A DNA stretch of 62,552 bases, counting the filler, from Hausera hauseri (Eukaryota), in NCBI GenBank assembly GCA_046269625.1. It is 13 parts of 13 records of this genome, joined end to end, with 100 filler letters (N's around TTAATTAATTAA, not from the genome) between each part and the next. Parts side by side here need not be neighbours in the genome. Positions count along the whole stretch, not along the records: positions 51,523 to 56,064 come from JBJURY010535009.1; positions 56,165 to 62,552 come from JBJURY010105876.1; 11 more parts are not named here. One strand, 5' to 3'. A program made the position numbers and the translations under genes. Under the pieces are notes generated by a model. The model searched no databases, had not been told where the DNA came from, and saw nothing but the letters and a program-made list of their open reading frames with translations. Of the stretch, positions 52,289-62,552 are shown piece after piece; position 1 is the stretch's first letter, and each line of letters starts with the position of its first letter.

Positions 52289-52913
52289 GTTTCGTCAGTG
52301 AATATTGATGCTGTGAAGTAGTTGTTTATAATCGTTGCCACTTTGAGGGTAATTTGCGTCTCATTGCTGATGTTAATGATGTTGTTCGAAGCACAGAATT
52401 AATTAATCACTTAACTGTAGCTTTACGTTTTGCACTACTTGACATACGTTTCTTTTTGGACACCAGTTTGGCAGGTTTACGTTTAACAATTGTTTCGTGA
52501 AAATTCTTCGTTTTTCACTATTACTATCAGTAGATAGAAAGTAGCACATTGCCTCAACCTCCCAGGGAAGGAAGGAAAACAAGTGGTTCGGGATGAGTCA
52601 TGCGGTAGAAAAAAAGCGATACAAACACACACGGTAATAGGGTGGAGATAGGTGGCACACAGTCATAAGAGTGATCACACAAACGCGTGTACTGTATGAA
52701 TTCTAATTGGTTCAAAAAAATTGAATTTGACGCTAAAAATTTTTTGTTTAAATTTTGCGGTAAAATTTTTGTTTCAATTTTGGTGGTTGGGTATAAATAT
52801 AGGTGTGCAAATAGCATGAAGTTGTTTTAATAAATAGTGTGTCAAATGATGTTTTTAATATGTTGTCGTAAATTATCTAAATATATGTTATGTATATTTA
52901 TTTATTTATTTAG

Positions 52914-53147
52914 AATTACAAAATAGATTTAGAAGGTGAAATAAAGCGACTGACAGAAGAAATATGTAGTTGGAAAATAGATTGTGTCCAATTTCTTAAC
53001 GAACTACAGAATGAATACTTTTTACCAAAGTAAATATATTTAGAATTTGTTGTTCGATCAATATTAATGACAAACATTAAAGAGGAATTTAGAAAAGACA
53101 GAGAAATGTTTTACTTGTCTGTAGTAATCTTACTGGTGCAGCTGTAA
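52914..53147 (+). pseudogene. Small Polinton orphan ORF homologous to 5986-6256
   Basis: LEGEIKRLTEEICSW...IYLEFVVRSILMTNIKEEFRKDRE, with one in-frame stop. Confidence 0.5.
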
Positions 53148-53379
53148 TATTTTTATCACGATTTGTTTGTTAATAAACGTTTTTACATGTTAATCTTTGT
53201 ATGTTATAGTTATAAATGTTCACAGTACCAAAGCAGTATAATTGTTCACAATACAAAAACAGTATAAATGTTCAAAATACGAAAACAGTGTAAACGAAAG
53301 GTATTTGATTAAAAAGCCTTATTAATAAAACAAACACAGTAAAGAATGAAATATTTGTTAACATGAAATATATGTACAT

Positions 53380-56064
53380 CATTAACAATAATCACATGTA
53401 TACAGTAATGTTTATATGCGACACTTTTGTTTTGGTCAATCCACTGGCGTTTGTCGTCGAATGGATCCAATGCTTTCTTCTTTAAGCTGATTATCATAAG
53501 TTGGTGGTTTTTACTGCCAATTCGCTCCTGTTTCACCGCGGTCCCACAATTTGTTCCATAAGCTTCTAGGTAGTTACAGAACTGCAAGTCTGTCTGCTTA
53601 AGATTTATGCCCTTGCATTTTAGGACTGGTTTGGTTTGTCTTTTGAGGGCATAGGATTTCGGCCGTAGGAAAATCGCGTCTTAATACTGAACGCAGCTCT
53701 TACTCTCGTCTTTAAATTTCCCAATTACAGCTGCGAAACAAGTCGAGAACAGCAGATCACTCTTATCATAGTTCGATGTATCTAACTGCTCGTTTGTTAT
53801 CAATACCGGTAACAGTTGCGATTTTAAGTACGCATCACGGCATTCTATGAAAAAAAACTGTTTGTGTCACCAGGAACAATATTAAGTTCACATTGAAACT
53901 GGTATCTATATGTCTCCAAGTCGATATAATTCAGCTCATACATCCGTAACTTGGATAGATCAAGTACGGCCTGACCGATGTAAGAGGGCCTATCTAAGGT
54001 GACTATATCTTTATCGAGAAGAACGGCAACCAGATTATCGGCTATAATAATGCTCTCTTTAAACTGTGCCTTGCTTGTGTAAGTAACTAGCTTTTTAGCA
54101 TTATTGCATAGTCTCAGATTTTCAAGCATATTTTCAACGTTTTTGCCGTATAAGCTATGGTTCTTAACCTTTAAAACTCTTTTTCAAAAGGATTATTTGC
54201 TGCAGCTCTCTTTGCAGTGTTTAGATCGATATAATCCTTAAAAACAGCCTTGGTCTAACTCAACGGCTCAATGTACCTTTTCAACTACAGCACCTAACTC
54301 GATGTACAACTGTAATAGCCGATAGTGAACAACATAGTTGGACTTATGCACATGTGTAAGAAGCAATTTCTTAATTTTTTAACCTGGAGGACATTTACTA
54401 ATTTGGGATAAAAGCAATTGGTCCAACTTATCATGTTTGTCAGGCGGAATGCTTAAGTCGACTTCAAAGACAGCCTCGTTTTCCCGTGACACAATCAATA
54501 TAGGGCAATTGTTCAATTAGACTGTTTAACTTATTCTCATCACATATCCAAATTCGCAAATGGCAGTGGTTGTGATAAAGCCCACAAGTATAATTTATTT
54601 ACATCTATGTACAAGAGGCTGGTGCTTTCATTGGAGACAATCGTATGCTTATTTACAAAAGTCATCCCACCGCAAATACGCGATTAAAAGAAATTGTACA
54701 TTTCAGGTTCATGAATGAGTTCGTAACGACATGGACTTGTTTTCAGTGCTGTTGCTCGAGATAAACCTGAAATAGATAGGAAATTAATCGTCTCTAAATC
54801 ATCCTGCAACTTAGTCTCCTTTCTAAACCGTTTAAATATATCGCCTAACAAGTATACGTCAAGCTACATATATACAAATATATAATCTAAAAGACAGCTA
54901 AAACTGTATTTTGACCAAACCAGTTGTGCTTCCTCATAATCGGTATCCCTAACTCTATCCCATTTCGGTGGCAACTCCTTTATAGACTGCAAGTCACTGA
55001 ACTATTTGGCTGCAGTACATGAAAAAATACCTTTCCCCTTAATAATACCAGATGGAAAAGCAGACTCAGTAAGGGGATAGCTATCTAAGTTGGAGGCTAA
55101 TGTTTTCAATGATGTCGGTAGATACTGCAACGAGTCGAGAAATCGAATAGAAACATACTTTTTGTATGAACACTGTATATTTGCCTGCATGGTTAAAAAT
55201 TTCTCCGTTGTTTGTGCAATAACACTCAAATTCCAAGTAGCAAATTTACTTAATGCATGTTTTAAGATATGATGAAAATCATATCTACGCAAATTGTGAA
55301 AAATAACAAGCAAATTATACCTAATTTTACGAGCCAAGTTACACTGATTACATGCTGGGCCCAAGTATTTACCTGTAACGTGGCAGTGATCACGAACAAA
55401 TGTAGTGCCATGTTCATGGCAAATATAACATGCTGTAGCATTTTTAAACAGAAACCATTCAGCTAATGTTAACGGGATCATTGGCTTTTTGCATTATCAT
55501 ACCGCGGGAAAACAATTACCTTGACAATTTCCTCTAAACAGGCCAGAAACTGAACTATGTAATTTTCACCTACAAATTGCCTATATTTCATATCTGATGG
55601 GGACGCTAACAAGAGACCGGCTTCAGCAGGCAAATTAATATGCTTGACTTTATCATTAGGACACAGAACCGATTCAAATTCAGCATATACGACGAAAAGC
55701 GGACTTATAAATTTGGCCCAGTCCTTAAATTCACAAAACTTACTTTCTGGTATTTTATATAAAGTCATGTACTTGGCAGAAGAATTTCACATAGGCAAAT
55801 GCTTAAAATATCCCATATCATACCTAAATCCATATAAACATTTTTCACATTAATGTTTTCATTGAATTCTTATGCTTTTAGACCGTTTGTTTAACAGCCG
55901 ATTTAGATTGGGAACAGCAACATAGTGAAAGTGATCATCATTCTTGAGAATCAGCAAGTTATCTACAGCTCTATTCGGATTTTTGCTGCGGTACAAAATA
56001 TCAGCGAATGGATTTTTTACTACGTCCTTATCAAAATCTACATCATCCTCTTCATGAAACAGAA
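53380..56064 (-). pseudogene. polB: Polinton/Maverick pPolB remnant (copy 4)
   Basis: FVVYAEFES, RDHCHVTGKYLGPACNQCN, IFHNLRRYD, RFLDSLQY, YIDVN, HSLYGKNVEN, RPSYIGQAVLDLSKLRMY, PGDTNS and FDDKRQW; clearly nucleotide-similar to 22517-24212. Confidence 0.95.
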
Positions 56065-56164
56065 NNNNNNNNNNNNNNNNNNNNNNNNNNNNNNNNNNNN
56101 NNNNNNNNTTAATTAATTAANNNNNNNNNNNNNNNNNNNNNNNNNNNNNNNNNNNNNNNNNNNN

Positions 56165-57196
56165 ATCCAATTTACAATCATTTGTTATCATTTTATGATA
56201 TAACTCGGTTATTCCGACTTGCCCTTTGTAATAGAAGTAATCGTCTCTCTTTTTCATATAATCCTCAATTCGGATATCTTGCGTTTCTAACTTGTAAGTT
56301 TTCGCATTTATTTCTGTCTCTGCGACAAAGAACGCTTCACAGTTGGTAGCGAACATCACTACTTCACAACGAGAAATTATTTTTTTCTTACTAAATTTTA
56401 GTCCATGCTGATCACAGATTAATATAGTGGGCGTGGGATGTTCTGATACGTCTTCGTGTGTCCTTGAGTTGGTATCAGATTTATCCATACATAGCTTTCC
56501 GGTAGTTTCATTAAACTTTAATTCCTTAATTTTGATAAAATTACAGCTTCTTCCAGCGGGAGGTTCCCATATTATAACAGAACTTCTAAAAGCATAGATT
56601 TCGTTTTGTAAATGACATTTTTGATTTTTGGTATTTAGTTTGGTGACACTATAGAACATCACTTTCTGTGCTCGCATCTCTGATTCATAGAAATCCACGA
56701 CCATTGCGTTTGCTTGTAATCCTTTTCCGGTGTCATATTCCGCTCCGTTACAATGTCCGTTGTGCATGTCTAACCTTCCGACCACTACCTTGTATGCCCT
56801 AGTGATCTTTCCTGGTTGCATTTCCAATTCCATACTGTCTCACTGTACTCTTCCAGTCTCCTTAGTATGTTTGCAGTGCTGCCGTTCTAAGTTCATTGGA
56901 ATTGGAGGGGTTGTTGGTTTGATTATTGAAGAATGTCCGTACATTACCCCACAGTGAAAAATGCTACGAGATCGTCTCAGCATACATTCCATTCCATCTA
57001 ATGATATCAATTCTTGTTGTTGGTACAGAAAATAATTTTTCTCTCTCGTTTCTAACTTGTGCGACCTGGCATCTTCGCACACTTCCAAATTTATTAGGGA
57101 ATATCTTTGCCCTAGTTTAAACTTATCGCAGTCGTAGATGGTAACAGCGCCTATGTGCTTTATTAGCATTATCAAGGTGAATAAGCTGATTAGCCA
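56165..57196 (-). pseudogene. env: Chuvirus-like / gB-like class III fusion glycoprotein (env), N-terminal part; one in-frame stop, truncated by the linker
   Basis: Signal-like WLISLFTLIMLIKHIGA, then IYDC...YSL..LEVC...LYQ...C......FHCG...HSS...C...TG...G..CNG..Y...VV. This is the Cys/motif order known from chuvirus G and the glycoproteins of Anakin/Tas-type retroelements. Confidence 0.8.
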
Positions 57197-57661
57197 ATTT
57201 GATTCATTTTTTCGGTTATTATTATCGGTTGTTACCAAATTACGTAACATATCGTCGAATCTATTACTATTATCCAACCGATTATCTTCTTCCTTATCGA
57301 ATAGTCTCGACCAATTCACTTCGAATGGTAGCCTTCTTGCCGCTGTTCGTGCTAAGCTTGTAGCTCTATTAATTTCATTCTCTCGATTAGGGTTTACTTT
57401 GATAGCTAAGTATAATAATACTTTTCTTAATTCTTCAGTGGTGTTTTCTACCATGATCTCTTTGATTACCGATTCGTCGGTTAAGTTACTTTTTGATAGT
57501 TTAAAACGTGAACTTTTCATCATTCTAGCTGCACTAAATATTGCCTTTTCTTTATCGTCTAACGTATCACCGCAAAAGCTTGAATAATTTACTATGCGTA
57601 TTAAATTCTTCATTAATTCGCTTAATTCTTCATTATTTGTGCTGAAAGTCGGAAATGACAT

Positions 57662-60600
57662 TTGTCTTAATTCTCTAATTAATTCTCCATTATAATCGAC
57701 TTCTTCTCATGTCTTCTTAGGCCTACCGACTGGGCGTTTCTGTCTTAGGACATTGGCTATCTTTTCACTTAGCGGCACTAAATTCTTGTCGTATTGTTCC
57801 TTGTCTCCATCCGTTTGTAAATACTAGAAATACATTTCAGCATCTCGGACTCCCATGATTTGTCCTACGCATTGTTTCGTCTTGGCTTTACGCGTGTCTT
57901 CTTTTGTCTGTTCATTGGCTATCATTACTACTATTCGATTTGTTTCGTCGGGGATAATCCCTACACCTATTAATTGTTCTAAATAGTCGAGTATTCTACC
58001 TCTAAAGTAAAATCTATAATTTAGCTCATTTGTTCCGCCATTATTTAACAACCATTCTCTTACGTCCCTTACATAGGAATATGTAGTTGACTCACATTCT
58101 TTTTCGTCCATCCACTCGGATGATAGTATTACTTTTATTGTTACTTCAAGTTTAGCCCTGAAGATTTTAGCATATTTCCTTATTAAATGTTTCTGCACCG
58201 TACTATAAACTGTGCTCTCCCTGGATAATTTAGAAAAAGTTGGAATAAGTTGCCTTAACTTACTTTCAGTAATGTTTACGTTAATTAGTTCAATTAGATC
58301 TTTTTAAGTTAGCGCTGAATCCAGCAGCATCTCCCCATTGAATTTCCTGTTCTGAAGATACGTTTCTATTTCATTTAGGTGTACTGGAGTTACATGATTT
58401 TCGGCCGTTAGTGCATCTAAATACTCATCCCACTCCGGTTTATTTCCAATACCTGGAAATCCATAGTCTACTAAGGCTGTATTCGTTCTTTGTACATTTT
58501 CCCGAATTTATTTCAATCTTAGTTGTATTTCTTTCATCTGCGTACTTTGGAAACCTATTTCGTTTCCACAGGCATACTGTATCATTCTCAGTAATTCACC
58601 TAATTCATTAGAATTGATGAATCCCTTTTAATGATAATCAGTTAGTTTAACAATTACATCTCTTTGCCATCTTGTACAAATTCTCGCGTATTTTTGATTT
58701 CTGATTCATTAAAAGCATATTTGTTCCGGTAGATTTCGAGCTTTTTTACTAATTCGTCTAACCTCGTTCCTCTTTGTTTGCTTCTAATGCACGTTTCTTT
58801 AACCTGTCTTATTTTAGGCATCAACTTTCTCATCTTCTCATTATTAATTTCTGCCATTTCTACTTATATGAAGGCTAACTCATACATCTCATTTATGACT
58901 TTTGAGTCGGGATCCACTGCATCCAGAAATTTCTTTACGAACTTAGATTCTTCGAAACTAAGATGTTGGTCGTTTCTTATTTTTGTTAACTCGGTGTGGC
59001 AATTCTGATCTGTTCCGGCCATCCATTGATATGGTTTGTGCAAGAATTTTATTGCTTTCGATAAAGCTGCTCTATGTTCCGGACAAATATCTAGGGTTTC
59101 GATATCCTGGATTAAAATCTTGTAGATAGGTTTATCTGTTAACTGTTGGACTCCTTCTAGTCCGATGCTTCTTAATCTTGGATAAAAATTGCAAGTCATA
59201 TTTCGCTTTTCTGTAAAGTTTGTCTCTTCGATCATTTTATAAATCTCTTCCAATATCGTCGTTTCTTGCTTCTTCTTCATAAAATTTAGTCGTCGTAAAG
59301 CTTCGAATTGCGTTCGGATGTCTATTTCTGCTTGTATTGTATATAAATTACGTGCATTTTCTTATAATGTTCTCTTTACAGATGGGTCGCTTTTTGGAAA
59401 TTCTTTCTTACGGTATTCTACTAATTTGCTTAGCCTCATTATTAATCCGGACCATTCCGCAATTGATTGGCGATTATTGCTTTGTCTAGCATCTTATACA
59501 AATCGCTTAATTCATCATCTGGACCTCTTATGAAATTCATAATCCGGCTGACATAACTAAATTCATCCTTATATTCATCAAATTCTATGATACAAGCTTT
59601 TACTACGTATTTGGTTTCTTTGTTATTTGGGGACATAATTTGGTTTCTCAAACTACAAATTTATGTTCGTTTTTCATTTTCCATTTTGATTCAATTCTCT
59701 GGGTTCGTGTATTGTTTAGGTATAGCGAAAGAAATTTTTATCATATCCATTAAGAGAGGAATATCTACTGGGTCTATACCCAATATTTCTAAATCGATAT
59801 TACTTCGATTGCTAACCGGTTATTCTCTAGGCCGATTAATCATTGCACAGCGAATTTCATCCATCATACACTCTAAATTACGAACTACTCTCTTTAGTTT
59901 TGGATTTTCTCCTAGGGCAGACAGTAGCGTCTGGGCCTTAGCGACTTTTACGTCAACACAATCTTAATTTTTACTCCATCTTTCAGAAAATTCGACTCCA
60001 CTTTTAATCCATGATTCTAATTCATGCTTCCATTTTAACAACGTTTCAAGTAATACTTCTTCAGGTTGTACTAAGTCGATTGCTTTATCAAGCTTTCCTT
60101 CACTGCATAATTTAAACTTTTATATAGCCTTTCAGCAAACTGTTGCTCTTTTCCGGATATATCTATTTGTTTGCTAATCTGCTCAAGCCTTTCTAAATTT
60201 CGCTGTAATATTTCTGGATCGTGACACCTGATTCTCATATTCTTTAACTCATTGGCATATTTCCACGAACGTCGGACTTTCCACTTCCTTGGATCAAGAT
60301 CATCAATATTTCTCGTTTCTTTCTCACTAGTGGGAAATGGGCAAATCTCGTTAATTTCATTAATTGACTCTGTAGATTCTTTTACCTCGGTAGGTGTGAA
60401 TGGACCAATGTCTGGTGTATTTAAGCTATGTTCTACGTCGCCTTCTACAACGATGTTCGTATTTTTCGTTTCTTCTATTTTCTCTCTAGTTACTTGCGAG
60501 CGTAAACGACTTCTACGTTTCGTTTTAATGAAGGGCTACGGCCTCTATTTTTCGTAATTTTAAGTATAAATGGCTCCATGAATTCTTTTTCTGCTGTATC

Positions 60601-61000
60601 GTCATCGGTAGACTTATCTACTTTTCCGACCGTGAACTTGGGCTCTACATCTAAGTCGACTTCTGTCGAAGTTTCTGGGCTATCAGATATTTTATTACTC
60701 GTCTGAACACTCCTTTTTCGTATCATATTAATTCGCTTGGGTGCTATTGCATGCTCATATTCAGTTTTTGGTTTTGTTAAACCATGATACACTTCTAATA
60801 GTCTTAGCTTATCTCCACATTCTTTTTTAGCCATAAAAAATTGTGGGTTAGTAGTCTCAGGCTAAGCATCTAAAAATTTTCGAAAGTCTTGTATATCGAT
60901 AATAGTACCTGTATCTCCGCGAACACCATACTTCGCTTCTAAGTTTTCATTAACTTTATTCATACTAGTCGCATTAGGTTCTGTAAATGAAACGCTACGC
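57662..61000 (-). pseudogene. Long decayed accessory coding region between Gag and Env: helical unknown region, ubiquitin-like domain (~57925-58145), AT-hook (57713-57739)
   Basis: Continuous coding-like sequence broken by scattered stops and frameshifts. RFYFRGRILDYLEQLIGVGII and KRPVGRPKK are in frame with the env ORF. No PR, RT, RNase H or integrase motifs seen. Confidence 0.65.
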
Positions 61001-61008
61001 GGATTGGG

Positions 61009-62285
61009 ACATGACCTTGCAATATGACTTTCTTTACCGCAGGTAAAACAAACTAAATTTCCATTTCTGCCGACTTTGTCGACCGTCTTTATTCACAGGT
61101 GACTTGGATCTATTTGTACTTCTATTGTACTGGTTCGGCAAACTTTGTGTACTATCTACATTTCTTCGACTATCATTATTTCGATTATCATCATCACGAT
61201 TTGAATACTTAGAAATTTTGTAGTTTCCTCGATTTCTATTCGAATTGGAATTTGACTTGTTCATATTTTGGCCATTAGCATAACTATTGTTTCGACAATT
61301 CCTGTAGTCATTATTACTATTTCTGTTTTCATAATTTCTATTTCCATTAAATTGTCTATCATCTCTTCCACGATTGTCATTCCGATTTCTATCATTACGG
61401 TCATTTCGAACATTATTTTTATTATTTCTATCGTTGTGTCTGGCATATCTGTCGAGTGCCATTTCTAAGTCTTCAGCCAATTGCAGAGTTTTCTCGAAAT
61501 TCTCAGGTCTTGCCAAAATCAACTGTTTAATTAAATCTCGGGACGAAATACCATTAATTAATTGAGTAGTCATCATGACGCCTAAATCTGGCGGGATTGC
61601 CTTTTTCGCAGCATCGCGTTCTGCGCCTGTTTTAGCTTTTGCTACATTAGCTATTCTCAAGGTAATTATTATCGAGTTTCTTTAATTCAAATGCAAACTG
61701 GGTTACCAATTCACCCTTCTGTTGCATTCTATTTTGAAATGCCATAAGCTTCTGTTGTGGTGTTACTATCGGCAATAAATTACGGTTTAATGCTCCTATT
61801 AGGGAGGACCAAGATTTCTTTTCGTCAATTGTGAGCTCGCTGTAAGTATCAGCGGCTAAAATTTTCAAATAAAACGACAAACGTTTAATCATCACTTCAG
61901 GTGTAAGACTAGCACCTTCTGCGTGCAATTTATAAGTTCTCAAGAATTCATTTAACCAATCCGGATCACAATCGTATGCCGGCAGGTTTAGAGAGTCAAA
62001 AGTAAAGATGTCCTGTTTTTGCGCCACTGGTGGCTTATCTGCTGCCCTATTAGTCTCAAAATTTACTTTATTAGTTCTAGGTTTTGCAAAAGGAATTTTA
62101 AACTTATCGGTTCGCTCAACGGCGGTTAAATCTGTATTAATTGAATTTACTCTAGTCTCAGAGAGTGAACTTCTATCTAACTTTTTACTATCTCTATATA
62201 TATTTCTACGCGTCTGGCGTATAGGCGAGTTTTCTGTATTGTTTAAGTCAATGTTCACTTTTAACCAATCAATATTTGTTTTCAA
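61009..62285 (-). pseudogene. gag: Ty3/gypsy-type Gag (capsid, Asn/Arg-rich linker, CCHC zinc knuckle), two frameshifts
   Basis: WLNEFLRTY...LSFYLK..AADTY...SWSSL...RMQQKGELVTQFAFELKKL; QLINGI...FEKTLQLAEDLE; knuckle CFTCGKESHIARSC at 61050-61009. Confidence 0.88.
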
Positions 62286-62430
62286 AAGAATTTTACTTTA
62301 AACCCTGTTCAACTTATAACCGAATTTCAAAACTTTTCAAACTATATTCGATTACTTGATGTGGGGCGCTGATCGCCGGTATGTCGTTAATTAGCTCTAA
62401 GCTGAAATAAGTCTAGCGAGGCACTGATCT

Positions 62431-62552
62431 GTCCTGCTCGAGTCGCCAAATGTTATATATTCGGGTGGCCCTTATACAACTCCCACTATATAAAAATAAT
62501 TACAGTTGAGATTTTAGTACCTTAATGCAAGTAAGGTCTAACGTTATCGAAT
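62431..62552 (-). mobile_element. 3' end of the 5' LTR and primer-binding site
   Basis: Minus strand reads ...ATAACA (LTR end at 62451), TT, then TGGCGACTCGAGCAGGAC (62448-62431), complementary to a tRNA 3' end, probably tRNA-Arg. The LTR runs off the window. Confidence 0.8.

Noticed and set aside
47082-56064. Capsid/protease/PC4 contig plus integrase/PolB contig as one complete Polinton
   Set aside because: Separated by an artificial linker; no TIR pair or packaging ATPase seen.
57138-57587. Long plus-strand ORFs opposite env, pPolB and gag (also 36230-36679, 62008-62301)
   Set aside because: Antisense shadow frames of recognisable minus-strand genes.
60895-60935. VRGDTGTII after the Gag knuckle as a retroviral aspartic protease active site
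   Set aside because: Lacks the two hydrophobic residues before D, and I saw no downstream ILG.D motif; at most a very degenerate relic.

Overview
AT-rich eukaryotic DNA, probably from an invertebrate animal (GT-AG introns of 45-56 nt up to ~1 kb). It is not a contiguous locus. Thirteen short, unlinked contigs are concatenated with an artificial 100-bp linker (44 N + TTAATTAATTAA + 44 N) at 4736, 10398, 14916, 19680, 24213, 28624, 32731, 37666, 41903, 46982, 51423 and 56065, so adjacency across linkers has no meaning. Most of the sequence is decayed mobile DNA. Polinton/Maverick fragments: four protein-primed PolB remnants, major capsid, adenain-like protease, integrase, a small core-like protein, a PC4-like gene and a RING gene. 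Also several Ty3/gypsy LTR fragments, Tc1/mariner elements, a Sola1 element with both ends, and LINE pieces. Host genes: the 3' part of an intact spliced DH-PH RhoGEF-like gene, and a head-to-head pair of spliced CCC-rich metallothionein-like genes that the ORF track misses. The most unusual element is in the last contig (minus strand): LTR, PBS, Gag with CCHC knuckle, then ~3.3 kb of coding sequence with no pol motifs but a ubiquitin-like domain and an AT-hook, running into a signal peptide and a chuvirus/gB-like class III fusion glycoprotein. A diverged copy of its Ubl module lies next to a Polinton PolB on another contig. All protein-family assignments are by-eye motif recognition; no database searches were run.
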